A stretch of 64,000 nt of DNA from Eledone cirrhosa. Its lineage: Eukaryota. The notes below the pieces were generated by a model. That model was not told where the DNA came from. It ran no database searches and saw nothing but the letters and a program-made list of their open reading frames with translations. Made by a program: the position numbers and the translations under genes. The stretch spans positions 113,460,001-113,524,000 of the forward strand of contig OZ024743.1 of the NCBI GenBank assembly GCA_964016885.1. The letters are read 5' to 3'. Shown piece after piece: positions 26,191 to 39,349 of the stretch (its first letter is position 1; the number at the start of each line of letters is the position of its first letter).

Positions 26191-27319
26191 TGATAATTGT
26201 TTCTATTATAGGCAAAGACCAGCAATTTGAAGGGAGGGAAAAGTCAATTAAATTAAGCCCAGTGCATTACTGGTGCTTTATTTTATCAACCCTGTTAGGA
26301 TGAAAGGCAAAGCTAACCTCAGTGGGATTTGAACTCAAAACGTAAAGGACCCTAACTCTCTGCCGTGAAGCATGGTGTCCGACGCTCTACCGATACTGCC
26401 AATCCGTCGCCCTAACACACAGGTGTATAATAATAATAATAATGATGGTGATGATAAAACATATTTTATATACCCAGATCCATACATACATACATACATG
26501 ATAATGGCTGCAACTCGATTTCAAGTAATGCCATTGCTTGATACTTAAGCATGAGCATCACGGACATGGTTTTTTAGTCCTGCTAAAGACATGCCTATGG
26601 CCAGCAATGCCATGCATCGCAAAAAATATCACATATCAAGTGATGCTTGTGCTTGAAACATTTTTAAGCGGGGAAAGGCTTTGCATGGAACCAATCCCAC
26701 TCTCTGAACATCGAATGCATTTACCCAAAAAGAAGAATTGGTCTACGTCATTGAATGCAAACAAAGTCGCAGGTTTTATATTAGAGTGGCCTTCTCCTAT
26801 AGAGATGACTTAATACATCCATACATACATACACACACATACATGCATACATACATACACACACTCAGACATATATGCTTGCATACATATGGCTGCATCT
26901 CGAGATCTGGAATTGCCATTGCTTGATCCTTTATCACACATGGATGGCATGACATGATTTTTTAACCCAGCCAATAACTTACATTCCTTTCTACATATAT
27001 TGCAGTGAAAAAAATATTTATATTTTTCTGGTATGACCATGCTCAGGCAACACATAAAAGATGTTTAGCAGGTGCCTGAAGCTTTTTTAAGTGCATTGGA
27101 CCAATCTCGATCTCTAAACAATCGTGAAAGGTATCAAAAAATAAAACTGGTTAACATCATTGGCTGCCATTAAGTCACAGATTTTACATCAAAGTTTTCC
27201 TTCTCCTAGAATGCTGTCCTAACAAAGACCAGGGGTCCCTCACTTACTGTAGTTCACTTCATGCTTAGACACCAAAGCAATACAGAATAAATAATTCATT
27301 AATAATTAAAATTTTTTAA

Positions 27320-27700
27320 AAATCATAAACAAATCTATTTCAATTAACTTAACAACACTACAGATATTTAAAAATGGAAAATGAAGGGAAGGGTAAGGGC
27401 TCTGGGGTCACAGAAGAATGGGAGTGGGAAGGATGGGTGATAAGCTTAGGGCACAGCAGTGTTGGGGCTGCACCCCGCAGACAAGACCACAAAAGCATTT
27501 CCATGGACAATGGCCAGCGACACCTGCTGCAACAGCCACCCCACCTTGTGGGGGGGGGGGGTCCTTCCTCAGATGAGTAATGGGCTGCTGACACTCCAAT
27601 CTTGAGGAAGAGCTTGGCAGTACAGGATCCAAATACACCTAGGGTCTTGATGGTAACCGGTACTAAGAGGAAGCGACCAGACAATCTCCGGTATTTGTTT
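27320..27700 (-). mobile_element. 3' fragment of a CRE-like non-LTR element
   Basis: FLLVPVTIKTLGVFGS...LLQQVSLAIVHGNAFVVL. The 3' UTR is homologous to that of 4380-4745. Confidence 0.7.
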
Positions 27701-28015
27701 GGTTATCTCCATGTTCCTGTGCTACATATGTAAAATACACACAAACACTAATAATAAAATAATTTTATTTTTAACTAATGCTAACTAGTTATGTCATGCA
27801 ATTCTGTTTAGTGTTTAATTGCTAATAGCAAGTTATTGCCAATATTCCTGTTAGAGTTATTGGTGTCAGCTTCATTCCTTGTCTTCAAAACCTGGATTAT
27901 ACTTTAATAACACCTCCTGGGAATAAACCATAATCTTCAGGAAATCTACTATATCAAGTGTTAAACTAATATATATCTTCATTGTACTGCTTTGCTGTTT
28001 TCCATTTACCTTTCA

Positions 28016-28972
28016 CACAGAGTAATTGTAAATAGACTAAATCACAGGTTCTCAACCCATTTAGGCCAAACGCCCCCTTTTGTCCCTCGAAATCACGAAA
28101 CACCCCCCTACCCCCGCCACCCTATTTTTTCATTTTTCAATATACTACTGATTTTTATATCAGTAGATTACTAAAAGATTGATTAACAATATTCCAAAGA
28201 TGTGTGCATTATCTGATTATGTGTTGTATGTGGTCCTAGATGTGTGTATTACCTGATTATGTGTTGTATGTGGTCCTAGATGTGTGTTCTACTCGCTTCT
28301 GTTTTTTTCTTTTCTTTTTTTTATTTGTAATATTATTTATACAATAGGGAATAAAATAGATCTACATAGTGTTAACTAGTTACGGTTGAGTCAATAATTT
28401 CAGACATGAAATACATTGTTATCGGTGAAGGAAAGATAAGATTCTAACTGGCTGCACTCAAAGTGTCTTTGACCCAGTTGACTGTGGGTTTGTCCATTTT
28501 TAGGATCTCAATTACTGGACATGCCTGCACACCTGCTCACAGCATAACTATAGACAGCATAACTATAGTCTGACTGCAGCTGTGAGCAGGTGTGCAGGCA
28601 TGTCCGATAATTGAGACGTTAACCGGTAATTAAGATCCTAAAAATGGAAAAATCCAGCCCCCCCCCCCCCCCCCCCTACTCCAAACGCCTCCCTGGAGTT
28701 CCGAAATGCATATGCCCCCCGTTGAGAACCTTTGGACTAAATGACAATAATTAAACTTAGACTTGTACTAAATAGAACAACCATGACAATTCTATCTGCT
28801 TACGCACTTCAATCTGGACTGCTAGACGTACTAAAAGACAGATTTTATGAGTCCCTAATGGACATTACCTCTCAAATAAATGACAGCAACCTCATATTCA
28901 TTTCAGGTGACTTTAATGGGCAACATTGCGAGGGCTTCAACGGGATCCTCATGGGTTATGAGTTCAGCACTA
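28016..28972 (+). mobile_element. RTE APE-endonuclease fragment interrupted by the hAT MITE
   Basis: RVIVNRLN | IIKLRLVL...ILSAYALQSGL...FISGDFNGQH. Confidence 0.75.
28043..28734. mobile_element. hAT-superfamily MITE with perfect 8-bp TSD
   Basis: TIR CACAGGTTCTCAAC...GTTGAGAACCTTTG. TSD GACTAAAT at 28035-28042 and 28735-28742. Confidence 0.9.
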
Positions 28973-29626
28973 CAAGACACCTTTCTTTCCTTCTTCCAGT
29001 TACTTCTGTGCGCTGGCACATTTCTACATCTTTTCTATATTTCATCTGCCTGTCAACCATCTTGTGAATAGTCTCTTTGTTGATCACTAACCGCTGGTCT
29101 CTGTCCTCTGAGGCGTTTTTGCCCATCACTGTCTGACAGCATTTACCTGTTTTAACGTTCTAGCGATGAGTTTTCTCATTTTTATATGTTTGGGAAAAGG
29201 CAATACACTCTTGCTTTGTTTAATCAGAGACAACATTGTTTTAAATATATATATTTATATATCTTTATATTTATTATATACATTAATTTAAGGCCCCCAT
29301 CTGTCACAAATGACCATGGTTTTGCACTTAGAAAGTTTCCCTCCGAGGCACAAACCAGGGCAAGATTTGATTCTGGATGACCAGTAGTCATCATACACAC
29401 TAGTCTCCCCTCTCCACACCACCAATGGGAAAAGGCAATGGCCGATACAGCTTGGCACCAGTCACGTCGCAACTCATTTCTAATGTATGAAATAAAGTGA
29501 CATACTCAAGGATACAAGGTATCACCCAGTCCAAGAATCGAACTCACAACCTCTCAATTACAAGCCCAACGCTCTAATCACAAATCCATGCATCTGCACA
29601 TATATACTTATATAAGTCTATATATA

Positions 29627-29687
<61 letters not shown>

Positions 29688-29690
<3 letters not shown>

Positions 29691-30325
29691 ACTTACGTAG
29701 ATTAGAAAGAAATGAAGCCTGCATGCTCCGATGGATGTATAATAGTAATATACGCGGACGGCAAACCATAAATGAATTGAGAGAGAGACTGAGCATAAGA
29801 GGAATCAAATGCTGTGTGCAGGAGAGGCGGTTGCGTTGGTATGGACATGTGATGCGTATGAAGGATGACAGCTGCATAAAAAGGTGCAGAGCACTAGAAG
29901 TCAATGGAAACCGGGATGAGGTGATAAAAGCCGACCTTACTCAATTACACCTCTCAAAGGCGATGACACACGACTGTGACCTCTGGTGTCACGCAGTAAT
30001 ACAGAGTACCCAACCTCCCATGGGTACAAGCTGAAGCATATAGACAATATGCCCCCACACCTTCCCACTGCAAAGTGGTCGTGGAGGTGCCACGGCAAAA
30101 AAGCACCCAGCCCACACTGTAAAGTGGACATGTAGGCGCCACGGAAAAAAAAACACCCAGCACTCACTGTAAATGAGGTTGGCGTTAGGAAGGGCATCCA
30201 GCTGTAGAAATAAAGCCAAAATCAGTTCCTGTATGAGCAAGGCATGGTCAGCCGACCAGACACTGCCCACAATAGGACAACTAGCATGGAAGAACGGACG
30301 TAAAACGGTGATGATGATGATGATA
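29688..30325 (+). mobile_element. 5'-truncated RTE LINE
   Basis: RLERNEACMLRWM...RRLRWYGHVMRM, followed by the 3' UTR and (GAT)n tail. Confidence 0.9.
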
Positions 30326-30369
30326 TATATATATTATAGACATAAACTCACATACACACACATATATGT

Positions 30370-30655
30370 ATCATCATCATCACTGTTTAAGGTCCATTTT
30401 TCCACGCTAGCATGGGTTAGACGGGTTGTCTCAATTGAGGCAAGTCGGGTGACCATGTCTTGCTCACACACCTTGGTTTCTATGGCTGGATAGCCTTCCT
30501 AACGCCAACCACATTTACAGTCTGTGCTGCGTGCTTTTTGTTGTGACACCTACACTATCACTTTACAGTGTGGGCTGGGTGCTTTTTGTCGTGGCACCTA
30601 CACGACCACTTTACAGTGTGGACTGGGTGCTTTTTGTTGTGTCGCCATCACAACC
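30370..30655 (-). mobile_element. RTE LINE 3' UTR fragment
   Basis: (CAT)n tail, GCTAGCATGGGT motif and 49-bp units. Confidence 0.8.
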
Positions 30656-31049
30656 ACACATGTATAATAGAAAGAGGGAGAGGGAGGGCAGGATGAAGTA
30701 GATTTAAATATATTCATTATATTTGAAAATTGTTTTCAAACTTATTACAGCATATAATGTTGCCTTTGGGCTCTTTTCCTGAAGCCTTCGTTGAAATATC
30801 TCCAGACAAAACTCATTAACTTAACTCCAGTTTCACAAACTCCTCCACCCCCTCCCATCTATTTAAATAGATTTTTAACTAGTTACTTTCCTTTTTTTTT
30901 TGGCGTTTATTTACCTTAATTATTCATCACTGAATACTGCTGAAGTTTCTGTTGTTGTTGTTTGTTGTTAACAATTTCTTTACAAATAGTTCAATTTCAT
31001 TTAATACAACGATCGACTATAAGTTACCAACCTGAAGCAGTATCAATGG

Positions 31050-31322
31050 AATATATATATACATATACTTGTATATATATATATATACTCGTATATATAT
31101 GTATATACACATATACTCGTGTGTGTATGTATATGTATATACACATATACTCATATGTATATATATATATATATATATATGTATATACACATATACTCAT
31201 ATATATATCTATATGTATATGTATATACGTATATACACATATACTCATATATATATAAATGTATATATATATATGTATATACACATATACTCATATATAT
31301 ATATATATATGTATATATACTC

Positions 31323-31353
<31 letters not shown>

Positions 31354-31380
31354 CTCATATATATAATGCATTATATATAG
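31050..31380. repeat. (TA)n-derived microsatellite with ATACTC interruptions
   Basis: Direct inspection. Confidence 0.9.
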
Positions 31381-32284
31381 AATTGTTCTTGTTGGTTTTG
31401 GTTGTTGCTGTGTATATTTCAATGGTAGTGGTGATAGTAGTAGCTGTGGTTTTGGTGGTAGTTTTGATAAATGTTTTGGCCTTAGAGGTATTTGTGGTGG
31501 TTTTGGTCTTGAGTATGATGGTGCTGATTTGATGGTGGTGGATGTGGTGGTTTTGGTAAGAGTTCTGGTTGGTTTAAATGGTTTTGGTTTTGATGTGTGT
31601 GTATAAGTATGTATATGCATGCATATATTTGTGTATACATGTGTGTGTGGTATATACAAAAAAATGCAAAAGATTAATGCTATGATGATTCAATCCTATG
31701 TATTAATTATCTATGGAGTAAAACTATCAAGGGAAGTGATCTTTTAAAGGTAACACCTTATTTCTTTCTTTACTTCCCTGGCTCATAGCTTTCTTATCTA
31801 TTTATACTTATTTTTATCCTATCTACATATCTAATTATCTCTCTCTCTCACCTTCTTTCCTCTCTCCTCTCTCATATTAATTGGTATACATTTGTGAAAC
31901 ACATATTAGAAGAGGCACTAGCTTAATGTGGTTCATCATGTATATGAAAGTATATATGTTATGTTTATGTATAACAAACATAGAAGAGTCTCACTATGAA
32001 TTTTTCTATCGTAAGAATGCTTGATACCTATTTCTGGATTTTTATCTGTCATCAGTGACATTTACTCACTGGCTACTGAGACAAGATAGACTAAAAGCTA
32101 TGTTTTTTGCATATGAAACATCAGCTATCTGGCATTCCCAAGAGTTACAAGTCTGTACAAAGAAAAAATGAAAAGGTTAATCAGCCTGAGGTTGTTATAG
32201 AAGACACTGACCGAAGGTATGACACAGTGGGAGTAAACTCATAACTATGTGAAATGAAAATCTTAACCACACAGCCATGGAATT

Positions 32285-33250
32285 TGTAATGATTTAGTAG
32301 AAAATATCTAAAAATGGATTTGTTAATTCAAATGTGTATCATATCTTTGCTGGTAGAAAGATTGTTCTGAACATTTGCAGTAATATCCTTTAATATCTAG
32401 TAATGATTTTGCAGAAAATATTTAAAAAACTTTATTAATTCAAATGTTTATAGTACCCTTACTAATGGACAGATCATTATGAAAATTTGCCACATATATT
32501 CTTTATATCCTGCAAGGATTGAGTAGCAATATCAACAAATTTGGTTTGTTAGTTCAAATGTTTATAGTCTCTTTACAAGTGGGTAGATCATTCTGAAAAT
32601 ATACATAAAAGACTTCAATTAAAGACTTCAATTTTTAATGTGAAGTAGTCATAGTGCTATTTTATAATTTTCAAGAATGCTATTCTGATGTGGTTTCATG
32701 CAGTACAGGAAATTAAAAATTAAAGAAAAGTGGTAAGTTTCTTATTGAAGGACATTTGAAAACAGCAATATTATTGCACCACATTAAAAATTCACTTGCT
32801 TACTCTAACACTGCAGATTTTCACAACAATCTGTCCACTAGTTAAGATACTGAAAACATTTATTACAAAATAGTACTATGACTACATAACATTAAAAACC
32901 GTTGTCTTTAATATTGTAATTTTTTACGAAGATCCATCCATTAGAAGAACTACTATAAACATTTATTATAAAATAGCACTATGATTGTATCACATTAAAA
33001 ACTCATATTCTTTACCCTAATACTGCAAATGTTTACAATGAACTGTCCACAAGTAGATATACTCTAAACATTTGTATTAACCAACCCATTTTTAGATAAT
33101 ATTTTGCTAAATTATTACAAGATATTAAGGGATAACACTGTCTATTTTCACAATGATGTATCTACTAATAGAGATACTTCACACATTTGAATTAACAAAC
33201 CCATTTTTAGATATTTTCTACAAATCTATTGCAGAATGTTAAGAGTTAAA
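32285..33250. repeat. Degenerate AT-rich units of about 115 bp in direct and inverted orientation
   Basis: GAAAATATCTAAAAATGGATTTGTTAATTCAAATG occurs about 3 times on + (32290-32600). Reverse-complement copies lie at about 33060-33240 and 35755-35815. Confidence 0.65.
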
Positions 33251-33425
33251 GAGAAGTAGTAAACTGCTTATTAGAGGACATTTGATTTTTATTGTAATTA
33301 TTTCTAATTCTAAACTAATATCTTGTACCACATAAAACTGCATTAGCAAGACATTCTTGAAAAATATAAAACAGCACTATGATGGCATCTCATTCAAAAT
33401 AAAAGCTTTAAGCCTTTAGTATTTA

Positions 33426-35507
33426 GGACCGACACCTCTGGCTTACGCAGTAATGCAGAAGACCCAAGTTCCCATGGGTACAAGCCGAAGCTGAAGCATA
33501 TAGACAATATGCCCCCATGCCCCTCCCACTATAAAGTGGTCGTGTAGGTGTCGCGACAAAAAAGCACCCAGTCCACACTGTAGAGTGGTCGTGTAGGCAC
33601 CACGGTAAAAAAGCACCCAGTCCACACTGTAAAGTGGTCGTGTAGGCACCATGGTAAAAAAGCACCCAGTCCACACTGTAAAGTGGTCGTGTAGGCACCA
33701 TGGTAAAAAAGCACCCAGTCCACACTGTAAAGTGGTCGTGTAGGCACCATGGTAAAAAAGCACCCAGCCCACACTGTAAAGTGGTCGTGTAGGCACCACG
33801 GTAAAAAAGCACCCAGTCCACACTGTAAAGTGGTCGTGTAGGCACCATGGTAAAAAAGCACCCAGCCCACACTGTAAAGTGGTCGTGTAGGCACCACGGT
33901 AAAAAAGCACCCAGCCCACACTGTAAAGTGGTCGTGTAGGCGCCATGGTAAAAAAGCACCCAGTACTTACTGTAAAGTGGTCGTGTAGGCACCACGGTAA
34001 AAAAGCACCCAGCCCACACTGTAAAGTGGTCGTGTAGGTACCACGGTAAAAAAGCACCCAGCCCACACTGTAAAGTGGTGTGTAGGCACCACGGTAAAAA
34101 AGCACCCAGCCCACACTGTAAAGTGGTCGTGTAGGCACCACGGTAAAAAAGCACCCAGTACTTACTGTAAAGTGGTCGTGTAGGCACCACGGTAAAAAAG
34201 CACCCAGCCCACACTGTAAAGTGGTGTGTAGGCACCACGGTAAAAAAGCACCCAGTCCACACTGTAAAGTGGTCGTGTAGGCACCATGGTAAAAAAGCAC
34301 CCAGCCCACACTGTAAAGTGGTCGTGTAGGCACCACGGTAAAAAAGCACCCAGTCCACACTGTAAAGTGGTCGTGTAGGCACCATGGTAAAAAAGCACCC
34401 AGCCCACACTGTAAAGTGGTCGTGTAGGCACCACGGTAAAAAAGCACCCAGCCCACACTGTAAAGTGGTCGTGTAGGCGCCATGGTAAAAAAGCACCCAG
34501 TACTTACTGTAAAGTGGTCGTGTAGGCACCACGGTAAAAAAGCACCCAGCCCACACTGTAAAGTGGTCGTGTAGGCACCACGGTAAAAAAGCACCCAGCC
34601 CACACTGTAAAGTGGTGTGTAGGCACCACGGTAAAAAAGCACCCAGCCCACACTGTAAAGTGGTGTGTAGGCACCACGGTAAAAAAGCACCCAGCCCACA
34701 CTGTAAAGTGGTCGTGTAGGCACCACGGTAAAAAAGCACCCAGCCCACACTGTAAAGTGGTGTGTAGGCACCACGGTAAAAAAGCACCCAGTCCACACTG
34801 TAAAGTGGTCATGTAGGCACCATGGTAAAAAAGCACCCAGCCCACACTGTAAAGTGGTCGTGTAGGCGCCATGGTAAAAAAGCACCCAGTACTTACTGTA
34901 AAGTGGTCGTGTAGGCACCACGGTAAAAAAGCACCCAGTACTTACTGTAAAGTGGTCGTGTAGGCGCCACGGTAAAAAAGCACCCAGTACTTACTGTAAA
35001 GTGGTCGTGTAGGCACCACAGTAAAAAAGCACCCAGCCCACACTGTAAAGTGGTCGTGTAGGCGCCACGGTAAAAAAGCACCCAGTACTTACTGTAAAGT
35101 GGTCGTGTAGGCACCACAGTAAAAAAGCACCCAGTACTTACTGTAAAGTGGTCGTGTAGGCACCACGGTAAAAAAGCACCCAGTACTTACTGTAAAGTGG
35201 TCGTGTAGGCACCACGGTAAAAAAGCACCCAGTACTTACTGTAAAGTGGTCGTGTAGGCGCCACGGTAAAAAAGCACCCAGTACTTACTGTAAAGTGGTC
35301 GTGTAGGCACCACGGTAAAAAAGCACCCAGTACTTATTGTAAATGAGGTTGGTGTTAGGAAGGGCATCCAGCTGTAGAAACTGAGCCAAAATTGGTTCTG
35401 TATGAGCAAGACCCAATCACCTGACCTGGCATTGCCCACAACAGGACAACCCGTCTAACCCATGCTGGTGTGGAGACATTGACGTAAAATGGTGATGATG
35501 ATGATGA
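33426..35507 (+). mobile_element. RTE LINE 3' end with expanded internal minisatellite
   Basis: Last codons of the ORF (DRHLW...MQKT), then the UTR array, then GGTTGGTGTTAGGAAGGGCATCCAGC and the (GAT)n tail. Confidence 0.85.
33530..35342. repeat. 49-bp minisatellite (about 37 units, some of 48 bp)
   Basis: Unit AAAAAAGCACCCAG(C/T)CCACACTGTAAAGTGGTCGTGTAGGCACCACGGT, with a 49-bp period (33607 to 33656). Confidence 0.97.
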
Positions 35508-36002
35508 TTACTCTATATTTACTATTGTATTTTCATGATAAAGGCTTTACCTCACATAATATTGAATCTACAAGCTTTTGATATTATTTATTTTGAGAAC
35601 AATATCTTAACATAAGTATGAGCAGCTGGTTATGGCCGGTTTGAACAGAAAAGGTAAGAGAATTCTGGCCAGATATGGCCAGTTTAAATGCTATAGGGTT
35701 AAGTGTGGTGCAAATTTTCACAAAGATCTCTCCTCTAATAAAGATAGTATAAATATTTGAATTAACAAACCAGTTTTTTAAAGATATCTGCTAAACCATT
35801 ACAGGATGTTAAGAGTTATAGAAGTAGGCTGACTATTAATTCATGCTACCACTATTTATTTGATCTATTTTCAATGACTTTCTGATGGTTTCTTATAACT
35901 GCCTGTATTGACTATTGGCTCACAGCTGCTGGCTTTCTTTCTTTCTTTGGTTTTGGTTTTGGTTTTTATTTTTCCTCTTCATATGAGTCTTTATAATTAT
36001 TA

Positions 36003-36404
36003 TTCCTCCTCCTCCTCCTCCTTCTTCTTCTTCTTCTTCTTCTTCTTCTTTTTCTTTGCCTTCTTCTTCTTCTTCTTTGCCTTCTTCTTCTTTGCCTTCT
36101 TCTTCTTTGCCTTCTTCTTCTTCTTCTTCTTCTTCTTTCCCTTCTTCTTTGCCTTCTTCTTCTTCTTTCCCTTCTTCTTTCCCTTCTTCTTCTTCTTTCT
36201 TTCTTTCTTTTTTTTCTTTCTTTCTTTCTCCTCCCCATCCTCCTCCTTTTTCTTCTTTTCCTTTCTTTTTCCTTCCCATCTTCCTCTTCATCCTTCCTAT
36301 CCACCTCCTCCTCATTTCCCCACCCCCTCCTCACCCCCTTCCTCCTTATTCCCCCCATTCCCTCCTCCTTCTTCTTCTTCTCCTTCTCCATCATCATCAT
36401 CATG
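36003..36404. repeat. (TTC)n/(CCT)n polypyrimidine tract
   Basis: Direct inspection. Confidence 0.92.
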
Positions 36405-36687
36405 TTGATGTTATTCTGAATAACTCATCCAATGTTTTCTCCAAAGTCAATTTCTTTAAACAACTTGTATGCTTCGTTAGTTCTGCCTGTCTATGGTTTA
36501 CAGCATTCCCAACATTCCTAATGATAACTTTTGAAATAATTACCAAAGATATTCCATAATAATAATAATAAGGATAATAATAATAAATATATCAACAAAA
36601 AGAAAAACAGTAATAACAACATCCCAAGCACATATGTATATATTGCTATCATCTCCATCATCACCAGTATTGTCATGATCATCATCA

Positions 36688-36718
36688 TAGTGGCAGTAGT
36701 AGTGGCAGTAGTAGTGGC

Positions 36719-36785
<67 letters not shown>

Positions 36786-36786
36786 T

Positions 36787-36845
<59 letters not shown>

Positions 36846-37124
36846 TTGGTGGTGGTAGTAGTAGTGGTAGTAGTATTGGTAGTAGTAGTAGTATTGGTAG
36901 CAGTAGTAGTAGTAGTATTGGTAGTAGTAGTAGTAGTATTGGTGGTGTTGGTAGTAATATTGGTGGTGGTGGTGGTGGTAGTGGTGGTAGTAGTATTGGT
37001 GGTGGTAATAGTAGTATTGGTGGTGATAGTAATAGTAGTATTGGTGGTGGTGGTAGTAGTAGTAGTAGTATTGGTGGTGGTAGTAGTAGTTGTTGTATTG
37101 GTGGTAATGGCAGTAGTAGTAGTA
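36688..37124. repeat. (TAG)n/(TGG)n microsatellite
   Basis: Direct inspection. Confidence 0.92.
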
Positions 37125-38241
37125 TTTTCCTCATCTACATAAAAATTTAAGAATTTATTGATTTTGATATATTTCTCTGGATGTTGGTGAAGTTTTCTTC
37201 CCTTTGATAAGTTTTAATGATGTCGAATTGGTTGGGTCTTCCTGTTTTTAAGTTCCCCTGGGAGCCAATGCTAACATTTTACCTTACCCTGCTACACACC
37301 CCATAAATTAAGCAACAAATATATATATATATATGGGGGCCCCCTTTTCCTCTTATATACATTTAAGGGGAAAAGAGGGCTCCAGACAGAATTTTATTTT
37401 TTTTTATTTTTGCTTTTTGTTTTTGCATGGGGTAGAGATAGAAAAATAACAGACATTACCCCCTCTCCTCTGCAATCCAGCTTCCTCACAAGACCCTTTC
37501 TAATTTAGGTCAATAAAATGTCCCCAAAAGAGGTCACATCTTTTTACCCTCCCCCACTTTCTTGAATATTTTTCTAAATACCCCAATTACCCTTGAACAT
37601 ACTCTTCTTCATTTCTTCATTTCTTTCTTTACAATCTTAACATTTTGTAGAGATATGTTTTCTATTATGACAGTGAGATTTTAAACATTATGATGTTTTT
37701 TGTTTTTTTTTCCCCTTAGAAATTCATAATTGTGGAAATGACATTGTGTTCTTGTAAAAAAGTCTATGACACTTTCCTCATAAACCTGATTATACAAAAG
37801 GGTACAAAAAAAGACAAAAAATAATTAAGAAACTGAAGAAATGAAGAGGGGGTGGGACAGACACTACATATCAGTCTGAGCAGTTTTACCCACCCACCCC
37901 AGACAAAATGCTCAAGTGGGCTGCTATCTTTCTGATTTTACAGAGGAAATCAGTAGTTTGGGGGTGGGGCAACCAAGGATACCAGAAGTCTCAATGGAGA
38001 CCTGTACAAAGAGAAAATGCTTGGTTAAGCCTTGTATTTAACTATCTTCCTCTCCTCTGCATTGTGGGCAGCAAAGCCCAGGTTTGTGGCCAAAGCAACA
38101 AGGATTTTGTATTTCTCTTAACTTTGTCTTTAATTTCTTTTATTTTTAAAGAAACCACAGCATTTTTTCTTCTTCTTTAACTCCTTAAATATCAAACTGC
38201 CTGAAACTGCTTCTGGTTCTATGATGCAAAACTGCTTATAT

Positions 38242-38452
38242 TTAACCCTTTAACATTTAAACTGGCCATATCTGTTCAGAATTCTCTCATCTCTTTCTGT
38301 TCAAACCAGCTGTAACCGGCCGCTCATATTGATGTTAAGATATTGTTCTCAAAATAAATAATATCAAAATCTTATAGATTCAATATTATGTGAGGTAAAG
38401 CCTTTACCACAAAACTATAATAGTAAATATAATGTAAATGCTAAAGGGTTAA
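38242..38452 (+). mobile_element. piggyBac-type MITE, intact
   Basis: TTAA-CCCTTTAACATTTA...TAAATGCTAAAGGG-TTAA. Confidence 0.88.
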
Positions 38453-39349
38453 AAGGCAGAAATTTGGCAGAGTTATCAAACTGTCAGATAGAATGCTGTG
38501 CTCTGAGTTCAAATCCCACCAAGGTCAACTTTGCCTTTGATTCTTTCAAGGTCAATAAAATAGTACCAGTCCAGTACTGGAATCAATTTGTCCTCTGTGT
38601 CTCTTTTTAAGTTTCTCTCTTTCACCTTCTCTGGAAGAAATCGTTTGTATTCAGACAAGGAGAGAGGATGGGCTTTGCTAAGTTTTAAGAATGCCCAAGT
38701 CATGCTGTATGTGATTACAGCACCCCATGATTCCATCAGGAATTACAGGTACATACAAATATTTAAAACAATGTTGTCTCTGGTCGAGACAAGGCAAGAG
38801 TGTATTTGATTGAATACATATAAAAATGAGAACACTCATCGCTAGAACAGCCATTAAAACAGCTAGATGCTGTCAAAGACAGCGATGGGCAAAAATGCCT
38901 CTGAGGACAGAGACCAGCAGCCAATGGTCAACAGAGAGACAATCCACAAGGTGAATAACAACCTTCCATCATGATTTTATGTCAGAAAAATTAAGAAATA
39001 TAGCTTATATTTATTTTGTGAATACAATTAAAGAAGTAAATGTACAGTAACAGAAAATAAATGATTTAAAAAAAAGAAAAGCAAGAGGCATATACATTCA
39101 TTCCATTACACACTACAGTAGGAGACACTGGTGCTGCCCTCTAAATATTTTGAGACAACTCCAGAACACTTATGACATTTCCATGGGTAATGGTGAAGCT
39201 GTGGTACTGCAAGAGCCAAACACCCAAACAATAATGATAAATCCCTCTTTGTCAGCAGTCCATATCCCACCAAATTTCTTGAATGACTTGAGCTGAAAAA
39301 TGTAATTCACCAACAAATATTGATATTTCAGTAATTAATTCCATTCAGT

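Larger units (their letters stand above)
33408..35702 (-). mobile_element. piggyBac-type MITE split by a LINE 3' fragment
   Basis: TTAA-GCCTTTAGTATTTA at 33408-33425. The rest of the MITE resumes at 35508 and ends TAAATGCTATAGGG-TTAA at 35702. Confidence 0.75.

Noticed and set aside
33423-35439. Long ORFs (457 and 492 aa) and a CRISPR-like appearance
   Set aside because: These are a pure 49-bp tandem repeat with no unique spacers and no cas genes. The ORFs are by-products of a unit with few stop codons.
39110-39300. Possible minus-strand exon after a TTTTTCAG acceptor
   Set aside because: No frame gives a recognisable protein, and there is no clear donor site.
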